Source of the DNA: Octopus bimaculoides
Taxonomy: Eukaryota
Length of the DNA: 33,799 nucleotides
Assembly: GCF_001194135.2 (NCBI RefSeq)
Contig: NC_068990.1
Coordinates: 23,815,363-23,849,161 of the forward strand
Reading direction: 5' to 3'
Part shown: piece after piece, positions 22,554 to 33,766 of the stretch
Layout: each line of letters begins with the position of its first letter
Position numbering within the stretch: the stretch's first letter is position 1
Translations under genes and position numbers: made by a program
Notes under the pieces: generated by a model
The model's database searches: none
What the model was told of the DNA's origin: nothing
Seen by the model: the letters and a program-made list of their open reading frames with translations, nothing else

Positions 22554-22588
<35 letters not shown>

Positions 22589-23027
22589 CTCTCTGTCTGT
22601 CTGTCTCTCTTTCTTTCTCCCTCTTTTACTCTATCTGTATATACATATATGCGTATATGTATACATATACGTATATATGTATAGAGATATGCATACATAT
22701 ACCTACATATATGTATGTGTGCATGTGTGTATACATACATACAAACACACATACACATATATTTAGACAATTTTACCTTGAACAAAAGGTTTAATCAATA
22801 CTTCTGGAAGAGTACATTTTATGGTAATTTTCCAAGTAAATAGTGATAGTGACGTCGAAGTTTCAGGTTGCTAGCCTTCATCAAAAGTCACTTCGTTTCT
22901 CAATTCGTCATAAAAACAAATATTAATATGTCTGTTTGTCTGTCTGCCTCCCTGTCTGTCTATCTTTATGTATACATACATGCGTACATACATACATACA
23001 TACATACATGCATACATACATGCATAA

Positions 23028-23065
<38 letters not shown>

Positions 23066-23066
23066 G

Positions 23067-23103
<37 letters not shown>

Positions 23104-23557
23104 NNNNNNNNNNNNNNNNNNNNNNNNNNNNNNNNNNNNNNNNNNNNNNNNNNNNNNNNNNNNNNNNNNNNNNNNNNNNNNNNNNNNNNNNNNNNNNNNN
23201 NNNNNNNNNNNNNNNNNNNNNNNNNNNNNNNNNNNNNNNNNNNNNNNNNNNNNNNNNNNNNNNNNNNNNNNNNNNNNNNNNNNNNNNNNNNNNNNNNNNN
23301 NNNNNNNNNNNNNNNNNNNNNNNNNNNNNNNNNNNNNNNNNNNNNNNNNNNNNNNNNNNNNNNNNNNNNNNNNNNNNNNNNNNNNNNNNNNNNNNNNNNN
23401 NNNNNNNNNNNNNNNNNNNNNNNNNNNNNNNNNNNNNNNNNNNNNNNNNNNNNNNNNNNNNNNNNNNNNNNNNNNNNNNNNNNNNNNNNNNNNNNNNNNN
23501 NNNNNNNNNNNNNNNNNNNNNNNNNNNNNNNNTATATATATATATATATATATATAT

Positions 23558-23754
23558 TTAAAAGCACCAAAAATATGACAAAAATGTTACTCAGAGTTTC
23601 GCGTTCTCGTTCGTCGGACAGTTTTGCTTAGAGTAACAGATTTTGTGATATTTTTCCTGCTTTTTAATAAGGCATATTACTCTACCTCTGGTATTCGAGT
23701 ACTATTTTTCCACCTTATTTGGCATTGATGTGCATACTCTGGTATATATATACC
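23558..23754 (-). mobile_element. Short non-coding hammerhead-bearing element (retrozyme-like or PLE terminal-repeat-derived)
   Basis: Palindromic GGTATATATATACC at one end (23741-23754), 35-37 bp imperfect inverted arms (23558-23592 and 23631-23667), hammerhead motif between them, (AT)n at the 3' end. Confidence 0.6.
23579..23626 (-). ncRNA. Minimal type I hammerhead ribozyme, variant core
   Basis: Minus strand: CAAAACUGU (stem I) CCGACGA (core, cf. CUGANGA) ACG-AGAA-CGC (stem II) GAA ACUC-U-GAGU (palindromic stem III) A | ACAUUUUUG (stem I, 8/9 paired). Predicted GUA cleavage triplet at 23590-23588. Confidence 0.7.
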
Positions 23755-23764
23755 CGAACACTCT

Positions 23765-24500
23765 ACTGTTTTCTTTCGGACAAAAGAGGGTGTTCAACAA
23801 GGATGTCTCTCCAGTGCTTCTCTACATCTACTTAGGGAGAACTTCCATAGACTTTCACTCCTCTTTTTATATTGGAGGACAACGCGTTTCCCACTTGCGT
23901 TTTGCTGATGATATTGAATTGTTAGGAAGCAGTGAAACTAGACCCAGCTTGACCTCTGCTGCCATGACGAAGATGAACTTCAATGAAAAAAAAAAAGCAA
24001 TTCCATTGGTTTTCAAACGAGACTCAAATTACTCAAGTCCCTGGTGTCTTAATCTTTCTACATAGTTGTGAGAGCTGGTCTTTTAAAGTTGGCATTGAGC
24101 GAACGATTCAGGCATTTAAGCACAAGAGCTTCAGAAGGTTGTTACACATTCCGTACACAGAACATAAAAGGAACAGTTTTGTGAGAGACGAGCCATTCCT
24201 TGCGCTGGTAAAAAGACGGAAACCTGCCTGGTGCGGTTACGTATTTCACCAAAGCTCCCTGTCCGAAATCATCCTTCAGTGCACAAGCGTGGGAGGGCGA
24301 AGAGGCAGACAAGGAAACATCCTGGTCTGACGACATGAAGGGCTGGATAGGTGACAATGACAGGACCCTGCGATGCATGTCGGAGAACAGAGACCAGTGA
24401 CGACGCCACCGAATCTAAAAGCGTCTACAGTGCCATACCACCGACTGGCTACATCAGTTAAATGAACTTGATGATGATGATGAGGATGATGAGGAGGAGG
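23765..24500 (+). mobile_element. 5'-truncated, internally deleted RTE-clade LINE 3' end
   Basis: FFRTKEGVQQGC/SPVLLYIYL, IGGQRVSHLRFADDIELLGSSE (FADD), IFLHSCESW..IQAFKHKSFRRLLHIPYTEHKRNSFVR, KRRKPAWCGYV, GGRRGRQ..SWSDDMKGW, ending in a (GAT)n tail at about 24470-24495. Confidence 0.9.
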
Positions 24501-24518
24501 GTTATATGTATATATGTA

Positions 24519-24561
<43 letters not shown>

Positions 24562-24599
24562 CTGAGTGCGGTGAATAAACTGTCGTCTAAATTACGCAA

Positions 24600-24925
24600 G
24601 AATTAAACGCTGACTCCAAACACCAATGATGTTGACTGGATGTTTGATTTTTATCGCTCTCGGTACATATTTTGGGGAGGGGGCAAACACTCAGATTGAC
24701 ACCCAAACACTCTGAAATATTCGTATTGGATCTTCCGGCGTGTATGCCAAGCTGTACAGCATGTCGTTTCCAAATTTCTGGCAGAATGAATTGCATCATG
24801 GTGCTGTCTTCTCACAGACGGTACCCAACTGATTCTACTATGCTGTGTAGTCGACAAAATCAAAAACAACGTGCATGCGCGAAATTTAAAGTATCAAATG
24901 GCGATAATTTACCCATCGCACCCTG
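24600..24925 (-). mobile_element. Internally deleted Tc1/mariner-superfamily element 5' part (possibly DD37D/maT-like)
   Basis: End motif CAGGGTGCGATGGGTAAATTATCGCCATTT; HTH start WKRHAVQLGIHAGRSNTNISECLGVNL fused near 24690 to KIKHPVNI..FGV (cf. KHPxxVMVWG). No right TIR. Confidence 0.65.
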
Positions 24926-25589
24926 TGTGTGTATTTATGTATGTATGTATGTATGTATGTATGTATGTATGTATGTGTGTGTGTGCGTGTATTCATATTC
25001 ACATACACGTGTGCATGCGCGCACACATGCTCACACAAACACGCACACATATATGGTTGTAACTATGGACGTATATAATTATTGTCTGTGCTTTTGCTAT
25101 AAAATAAAATCAAACATACAATATACTGCTTCATTCATTAAAAAAGCACCATGAGTGAAGTTGGCTAGTATCTATCTTTTGACTTCGATTTCCCGTGTCT
25201 ATATTTTTATAAAGTTGTACAGACTTGGCAGCAAATTTGATTCAGAATTATTTGAAATGTGGCAACATTTCAAATGTGAATACATCGCAAAACTACCGCA
25301 GTAAAATATTTAAATATACATATATATATATATAGTTATGTTAAAAATGGTCAGAATATCCAAAGTTAATAAAGTTTCATTTCTATCTCCAGCCATTTAC
25401 TCGAATTAAATCCCGCATATAAAAAATTAAAGAAACAACTGAAAAAGGAAATATATAAAAAATACAAACATAAATCCAATTTTATTTGTAGTTTGACATA
25501 TCGAAATAATTGTTTCTGTCTAAACGAGAAATCTACTGCTTTATTTTTTCCGTAAATCTTCCGTTAAAATATGCGGCCAATGTGTCTAG

Positions 25590-26160
25590 ATTTGTTTAAC
25601 CTTCCTCCATATATAGACACTCACACACAAATAAAAGGAACACCCATGAATAAGCAAGTGCGGGACCCACTGCACGATCACACAACCTACAGGGAAACAG
25701 TACTCTACCATCTTAAATAGGAAGAGAATATTGAATAATGTAGGCCTAAATGTTCCATGCCTGTAAATAAATAAGACGTGGTGGTTACGACGGGAATGTC
25801 CTTGAAGAGGCTTAAACAACAAAATGTCCTTGAAGAGACTTAAACAACAAGAGAAATGCACTCTTTGTTACACGGTACAAACACACTCATGTTTTTTATA
25901 ATATATTTTTAACATTCACGCGGACGTCATTTCTTTCTGTAATCCCTGCACGACAACTAATCTTATGCAACTGTCTTACATATTCCTCCCTTTTTCTGTC
26001 TCCTTTCCGCTCTTTACTCTTCCTTTTAATTTTTCGTCTCTATCATTATTCTGATGAAGGACTAGCATCTAAAACGTCAAAACTTTTCCCCTTCGTTTTA
26101 GGCATTGAAATAATTCAACCTTTGTTAAAATCTTTCTGTGTTGTCTTTTCCCATTTTAAG
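25590..26160 (+). mobile_element. Collapsed Penelope-like relic with 3' terminal repeat
   Basis: QIKGTPM (RT motif QxxGxxMG), ETVLYH, CRPKCS (Cys linker), RLKQQEK/LFVTRYK (endonuclease end), then a pyrimidine-rich tract and CTGATGA..AAAACGTC hammerhead relic typical of PLE pLTRs. Confidence 0.55.
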
Positions 26161-26560
26161 CATGGTTTTCATCATCATCATCGTCATCGTCATCATATAT
26201 ATNNNNNNNNNNNNNNNNNNNNNNNNNNNNNNNNNNNNNNNNNNNATATATGTATGTATGTATATGGGAAAAAGCGATGCACCCCATGTTTGTTCGAGAA
26301 TTTATACCCTAATTTCAGAACTACATACAAAATATAGATGGAACGACATTTTTGCTATTACAAACACAGGGTAAAACTTTGGCTATGCTAAAACGAAATT
26401 CTAATATCGCCCAATTAGCTTTCATTGAGTTCCAACGCGCGACTCTTCTCAACTATATACATAAATTTATTATACACACACACACACATACGCACGTGCG
26501 CGCGCACACATACACTCACACACTTATTTCACGCACGCATTTATTATTTCCAGGTAATAT

Positions 26561-26760
26561 AAGACAGCGGACTGGCAAAATCGTGCATGTGTTGGACAAT
26601 ATGTTTTGCGGTATTTCGTCCTACTCATTACATTTTGAGCTCAAATTCCGCCCAGGTCAATTTTGCTTTTCATTCTTTCGTGGATGATAGAATAAGTACC
26701 AGTTGGGCACCGGGGTCGATGCAAATTGCTGACCTTGTGCCAAAGTTTGAAAACAATATT
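26561..26760 (+). mobile_element. SINE family B copy
   Basis: GAGCTCAAATTCCGCCCAGGTCAATTTTGCTTTTCATTCTTTC..GATAGAATAAGTACCAGT..GGGGTCGATG..CCTTGTGCCAAAGTTTGAAAAC. Confidence 0.85.
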
Positions 26761-26981
26761 ATGGCGACGAGCTGGCAGAATCGTTAGCACACCTGACAGA
26801 ATGCTGAGCGGCATTTTAGTCTGTCTTTACGTTCTGAGTTCAAATTCTACCGAGGTCGACTTTGCCTTTCATCCTTTCAGTGTTGGCAAAATAAGAACCA
26901 GTTCAGCACTGGAGTCGATGTAATCGACTTATCCCCTCCTCTCAGCTTGCTGGCGTTGTGCCAAAATTTAAAACCAATATT
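26761..26981 (+). mobile_element. SINE family B copy, head-to-tail with the previous one
   Basis: GGCGACGAGCTGGCAGAATCGTTAG head, GAGTTCAAATTC B-box-like motif, GAGGTCGACTTTGCCTTTCATCCTTTC, tail GTGCCAAAATTTAAAACCAATATT. Confidence 0.92.
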
Positions 26982-27654
26982 CTGGGGGCATTTTGAGGTA
27001 AAGCAGCCCTCAGAAATTTTAGGCGGTAAGATAGCGCCAGATCCCATTTGAAAGGAATTAATTGTTTTAAATCACGTATGGCCTTATGAACAGTGCCGTA
27101 GCTGGAGTGTGTACTAATTAGGGAAGCCTTTGTTTTTACTTGCCGGATCTCACATTTATTTTAAAATAGCNNNNNNNNNNNNNNNNNNNNNNNNNNNNNN
27201 NNNNNNNNNNNNNNNNNNNNNNNNNNNNNNNNNNNNNNNNNNNNNNNNNNNNNNNNNNNNNNNNNNNNNNNNNNNNNNNNNNNNNNNNNNNNNNNNNNNN
27301 NNNNNNNNNNNNNNNNNNNNNNNNNNNNNNNNNNNNNNNNNNNNNNNNNNNNNNNNNNNNNNNNNNNNNNNNNNNNNNNNNNNNNNNNNNNNNNNNNNNN
27401 NNNNNNNNNNNNNNNNNNNNNNNNNNNNNNNNNNNNNNNNNNNNNNNNNNNNNNNNNNNNNNNNNNNNNNNNNNNNNNNNNNNNNNNNNNNNNNNNNNNN
27501 NNNNNNNNNNNNNNNNNNNNNNNNNNNNNNNNNNNNNNNNNNNNNNNNNNNNNNNNNNNNNNNNNNNNNNNNNNNNNNNNNNNNNNNNNNNNNNNNNNNN
27601 NNNNNNNNNNNNNNNNNNNNNNNNNNNNNNNNNNNNNNNNNNNNNNNNNNNNNN

Positions 27655-27715
<61 letters not shown>

Positions 27716-28748
27716 ATATATCCATATATTTATGTATATGGATATATGTACATATATATGTATGTTTTTATCTATAAATACATAGATTCATATATTCATA
27801 CACACACAGCGCGCGCGAATATGTCTGTATAATCCAATATACCGCTGATTCATTTTATGTGTTTCATTCAATTCTATACTAAATTTCTTATCATCGTATT
27901 TATCTTTTCTTTCTGAAATGAAACTACTCCAACTTATATACAACAATAAAAATACAAAAAAATTCCATGGACAGATAAAAAAAAAACACAATCCAGCTTC
28001 AACGAACGGAACATGTGTATAATTCCGTTGTGTAGATATAACTGATATAAAAGTAACATCTAGAATAAAATTGACTTTGACATCTGTGGAGAGTTTAGCA
28101 AAACATTCTACTGTACTCTTCTTCCCAAAAGACAACTCAATGGCACTTATCCAAAATTTCTTTTCACTAAAAAAGAGATCGTTTCTCCCACTGACCTAGC
28201 ATGGTTCCAAAAGGAAAACTTCATTAAAATTCTTACATCTTCATCTCATGATTTTCATAAAAATCTATAAAAATGTAGATCATAGCTTTAATCAATAAAT
28301 ACACCATATAACTTTCCCTTTCTCTCGAAATATCAGTGTTTTTGATCTAGCTATTGGCAAACAGACCTTTGCAGCAGTGAGTCGATTCCCAATTGAGCTA
28401 TTTCGTATAATTTATTCTGAGTTGCGTGAGGTTTTCGCCCTCAGTCAAGCACCTAGAGTGACATGTATCTTGGTCAAGATCGAAAGATCTATAAAGCGTT
28501 ACAGAGCATCTCCTTACTCGGGTTTCATTTTCAACTGTATTATTTTGCTTTGGTTTTGAAAATGCATTTCATAGCTATTTCGTTCTATCAATTGATAGTT
28601 TAATTAACTGTAATTAACATGGACTGGTGTTTACCTAAATAGCAATAAATAAATTGTATCAATGATACTAGAGACAAAACAATACTTGAAGAAGGCTACA
28701 TTTGCATTTAGGCTTTAAGCAAGTAACTTCATTATACAAAGAACGAAA

Positions 28749-28961
28749 GGCGGAAGTCTGGCAGAACCTTTAGTACGCCGGGAAAACTTCTAAGTGGCCT
28801 TTCGTCCGTCCTTACGTTCTGAGTTCAAATTCTGCTAAAGTCAACTTTGCCTTTCCTCCTTTCGAGGTCGATGAGATAAGTATCAGTTACGCACTGAGGT
28901 CGATGTAATTAACTTATCCCCTCCTGCAAAAATTTCAGGCCTTGTGCCTATAGTAGAAAGG
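28749..28961 (+). mobile_element. SINE family B copy with 18-bp TSD
   Basis: Full head-to-tail match, flanked by ATTATACAAAGAACGAAA (28731-28748) and ATTATACAATGAACGAAA (28962-28979). Confidence 0.92.
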
Positions 28962-28979
28962 ATTATACAATGAACGAAA

Positions 28980-29195
28980 GCGTTGAGCTGGTAGAATCGT
29001 TAACGCATCGGGAAAGACGCTTAACAGCATCTCTTCCAGCTAATATTCAGGGTTCAAAATTCACCGAAGTCAACTTCGCTTTTTATGCTTTCAGGATTGA
29101 CAAAATAAATAGCAGTCGAAAACCCGGGACATTGTAATCGATTAACTCCCCTATCCTCAAAATTGATGATCTTCTGCCAAAATTTGTAGCCATAT
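28980..29195 (+). mobile_element. SINE family B copy (older)
   Basis: GAGCTGGTAGAATCGTTAAC head, GGGTTCAAAATTC, AAGTCAACTTCGCTTTTTATGCTTTC, tail CTGCCAAAATTTGTAGCC. Confidence 0.85.
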
Positions 29196-29399
29196 TTTCT
29201 GATCTCTGTTATAGCTCTTAGGAAACAGAGTTTTGCGGTGTTGGATTGATTCCCAATTCAGCTATTTCACATGGTACATTCTGTATGTCATAGGATTCTT
29301 GTCCATAGTCAAATATCTAAAATGAAATATACCAGTGTAGCAATCCAACAATATACGAAGTGTTACAGACCCGTTCTTTCTCTCATGTTTCATTTTTTA

Positions 29400-29634
29400 T
29401 TATCTTTTATATTTTGTTTCACTCATTGGGCTGAAAGTATCCCGAGGCACCTCCTAGAAGCGCGCGAACAAATCGATATTAGTACTTCTTTTGCAACTCT
29501 GGTACGTATTCGATCAGTGCCTTTTGCCGAACCACTAAATTACGGGGACGTAAACAAACTAACAGACTTGTTCACCAGTGAAGGGACAAACGCAGAACCA
29601 GGAACAAACACACACATATGCGCGCATACACACA

Positions 29635-29675
<41 letters not shown>

Positions 29676-29700
29676 ACACACACACACACACATATATATA
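29400..29700 (-). mobile_element. Diverged SINE family A 3' half plus expanded internal microsatellite
   Basis: CCTTTTGCCGAACCACTAAATTACGGGGACGTAAACA matches the family A 3' half, running into (CA)n. Confidence 0.78.
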
Positions 29701-30301
29701 CACACATATAAACTCATAAGTCCTTAGGTCGATTTGTCCGCCTAAAACTCTTCAAGAAAACAAAAAAATCACAGATAACCATTACCTTTAACAGAGTAGT
29801 CTGAATGCTAAAGGATTAAGGGAAGATAAATTGGATTAAGGAAGGATAAATGCTTCATGTAGCATTCTACAGCGTGTGAAAGAAATCGAGCTGAAGACCA
29901 CAAGGTACCTAACGTTATCAACTATAATGTGTTTTCACAATTTCAATTGGTATATTTCACATATTCTCATAGTGTGGTGGCAGTGTCGAGATGCAAATGA
30001 TCAAACCTTTAGTCAGGTTGTGGGATTCATATCGATTTGTTTAATGCCCTTCAGTGGCAATTTAAAAGACTTCAAAATTTTGCCTGTCGATTCGAATCCA
30101 TCGCTTTAATTTGCATTTTTATTACATGAAAATAATAAAAGAAACTCCACCAATATAAATACTGAACTGAAAAATCTACAATATGGAATGATCAGTTATA
30201 TTTATCCAAGATCCATGAAGACAAATTCTGAACAAAAATATCCAAACATTTGTTACACTACATAAACTTTACTCTGTGGAAGAGACAAAAAAAAAAATCC
30301 A

Positions 30302-30337
<36 letters not shown>

Positions 30338-30412
30338 AGTATGCATGTATGTATGTATATATATGTATATATAATGAATATACGTATTATGTATATGTAT
30401 ATGTGCATATAC

Positions 30413-30462
<50 letters not shown>

Positions 30463-31029
30463 GTATATGTATATATAAATATATATTTATGCGTGTGTGT
30501 GTAAAAGTGTGAGTGTGAGTGTATTTATGTATTATGTATGCATGATTGAGTTCCGCTTGTGAAATATATAGGGTATTTCACTGATAGCTTTATTATGATT
30601 TTGTAGTACCGTTTGATATGGGTATCGACATCCACATTTAATTCAAAATACATAAATGTGTTGCATGTTCATTTATAGATTAAACCTCAAAGGGTGTAAT
30701 TTTATCGTTGAATTTGTAGAATATAAAACTGAACTGCACATGCATTCCTTAAATAAGCTGAGCAAATCGAATATAAATCAATAAGCACAAATCCGATAAT
30801 TGAGTATTTTAGTCTATGATCATAATAGTTACGAATAACATTCCAAAAGGCACACAACTGGGCGATGATTAAAATGAAACTATTTCATAAGGCTATTCTT
30901 GATTGTTGAATCTAAGCCAGCGGATGGAGAATCCTGGTTAGCACTGATGCATAAGTTCCATTCACAGCTGATCTAATGATTGATGAATTCTTTCATATAT
31001 TTTTCATATCAATATATACATACAGAAAT

Positions 31030-31082
<53 letters not shown>

Positions 31083-32193
31083 AACACATTCATATACGTG
31101 TGTGTGTGTTTAGGTCTGTCTGTGTGTGTATGTGTATATATTTATGTATGTATATTTGTGTATGGATTGTAAGTTGGTGTGTGCGTATATGTGTGTGTGT
31201 GTTTAATTATATCTTTATATATTAGAAATCCATAGCTATTTTAACGGACAAAAAAGTGTAATCTACGACTATCGAAATATAGTTATATTATATATAGAAA
31301 TATATCTCAAATAATATCAATCCAAACTCGTTTATGTCTAAGTGAATCTTTCGCTATTATAAAATACAACAATGATATATATGTGTATATAATTAAGTAA
31401 CAGGGTCTTGCTTTACCTACAACTGTAATACAACGTAAAAAAATATAAATGATAATTATATCTTTAATATGAGTAAAAAATGTAAATGGTAATTATATCT
31501 GTAATATATAATAACTTTTCTATTTATTTAAAGTTATTGATATAAAAAAAAATTGAAAAATATTGTTTAAAGTAACTAATAGGAATGTTCTATAATTATT
31601 GTTTACCAGATGGATAATTCCGTAATAAATATGAATAGAAACTCAATAAAAATTTTTTCTTTGTTTACTGAATTTATCGTAGGGAGAGTCCGTAATAAAT
31701 GTGAAGATAAACTTATGGTTGTAAACACTATAACCTAAATACTCCATAGATACAGAGTTAGGCTATAATAATGGATATCAAAATATTACTGCTTTTTTTT
31801 TTTTAGAAGGAACCGGTTTTGCAGTTACTTAAATAAGGATTATTATTCGTATATTATGGAAGGGAGAACTCTGTAAATAAGTAAAAAGTAAGTAATATAC
31901 CAAAACAAGTTCTAAGGATTGCTCACGATAAAATAATTAATGCTATTATTTTTAAATTATATGTCTATAAATAGTATATATACAAATTTTATGATTTAAT
32001 AATTGTTTATCTTATATTATGTTAAGAACGCAAGTTATAAACTATGCAATACTATGATAATTATTTTGGTTATTAAATTTATTTATTAAGTCAAATAAAG
32101 CTATTTATATATTATTATCATTATTATCTTTATTATAATTATCATCAAATAACTAATAAATTAAATGAATGTATTTATACATATATTCATTTA

Positions 32194-32229
32194 TATCACA
32201 AATAAGATGAAGACATCTTATTTGTGATA
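32194..32229. other. Perfect 16-bp inverted repeat (hairpin)
   Basis: TATCACAAATAAGATG-AAGA-CATCTTATTTGTGATA. Confidence 0.9.
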
Positions 32230-33059
32230 CATAATTAATAATTATACTAATATAATGATGTATATAACAGTAAATACAAGGATCGCATTAATTTTCCAAA
32301 TTCAATATTATAATATAGATCAAGATGACAAAATTTAAAGATATGCATATATATACACACGCACACACACACACATATATATATATATTCATAAACACAT
32401 ACTTACACATACATACACATACATACACTTATATATGTACATATATACATACATGTATATATATACATATAAACATACACACACAAACACACGCATATAT
32501 ATATATTCAAATATTTAAAAACACATACAATAGACATACGCATGCATATATATATATATATATANNNNNNNNNNNNNNNNNNNNNNNNNNNNNNNNNNNN
32601 NNNNNNNNNNNNNNNNNNNNNNNNNNNNNNNNNNNNNNNNNNNNNNNNNNNNNNNNNNNNNNNNNNNNNNNNNNNNNNNNNNNNNNNNNNNNNNNNNNNN
32701 NNNNNNNNNNNNNNNNNNNNNNNNNNNNNNNNNNNNNNNNNNNNNNNNNNNNNNNNNNNNNNNNNNNNNNNNNNNNNNNNNNNNNNNNNNNNNNNNNNNN
32801 NNNNNNNNNNNNNNNNNNNNNNNNNNNNNNNNNNNNNNNNNNNNNNNNNNNNNNNNNNNNNNNNNNNNNNNNNNNNNNNNNNNNNNNNNNNNNNNNNNNN
32901 NNNNNNNNNNNNNNNNNNNNNNNNNNNNNNNNNNNNNNNNNNNNNNNNNNNNNNNNNNNNNNNNNNNNNNNNNNNNNNNNNNNNNNNNNNNNNNNNNNNN
33001 TATATACATACATGTATATATATACATACATATACACATATACTTGTTTATGGGTACAT

Positions 33060-33735
33060 ACGAGTACAAATATAGACACTTGATATAATTTTCTAAGCAC
33101 ATATTTAGAATAGTGTGTACAAGATAGAAGACTCTCACGTCTTTTATTTAGCAGTTTCTTCTTAGATATTAATATCTGGTATTATTCATCTTTGCCTTAG
33201 TTGCATCTAGCGCCATTAATGTTATACGATCTAGCACGGCTAAATATTTTCCAATTTATTTTGTATAATTTCTCACTATCCTTCAATTTCCAAATTAGTT
33301 TACTAAGACTAGTACTGTTAAACCTATCTCTATTCGTAAAGGTGTACTCGTGGCTTGCTATCCGTTTTTTAATAAAATGTTCCGTTGATCCTATGTAAAC
33401 ATAATTTCTGCGTTCCAAACCCACCCTACATCTATATACAATATTGTTCTGTAAACAAAAAATATTAAAATAACACTTATCCACATATCTACAATCACAA
33501 TTTCTAACTAAATCATTTTCTGTAATGGTATTATTATTTCTATCATTATAAAAGTGGCTAAACATTTATTATTAATAGATGAGATAATTCTAGACAAATC
33601 TTTAGATACTGAAAGGCCTATTTTAATCCTTTAATTGTTAATTATTTTATAATATTTATATTCTTTATTATATTATTTATTAAAGTGCTTAGATATAGAT
33701 CTGTAAAATAGCTTGACCAAATTCATTTTTATATA
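33060..33735 (-). mobile_element. Penelope-like element 3' relic: RT C-terminus plus GIY-YIG endonuclease pseudogene
   Basis: SKHFNK..YKYYKIINN*RIKIGLSVSKDLSRIISSINNK (cf. KHF..HKIFNRNTIKISYS..IISSHN). Then ORF 33197-33565: NCDCRYVDKC..CLQNNIVYRCRV..YVYIGSTEHFIKKRIASH..STSLSKLIWKLK..INWKI. It continues in frame through two TAA codons as CN*GKDE*YQIL..LLNKRRESLLSCTH (cf. CNLCxxEKY..LLNKRxE..C.H). Confidence 0.9.
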
Positions 33736-33766
33736 CATGCACACACACATATATAAACATATATAC

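Noticed and set aside
27788-28135. 115-aa hydrophobic minus-strand ORF
   Set aside because: No ATG start, no recognisable motif, and compatible with chance in AT-rich DNA.
33170-33200. Two in-frame TAA codons in the PLE endonuclease as a sign of stop-codon reassignment
   Set aside because: They replace different expected residues (Leu TTA, Lys AAA), each by one substitution, so ordinary decay.
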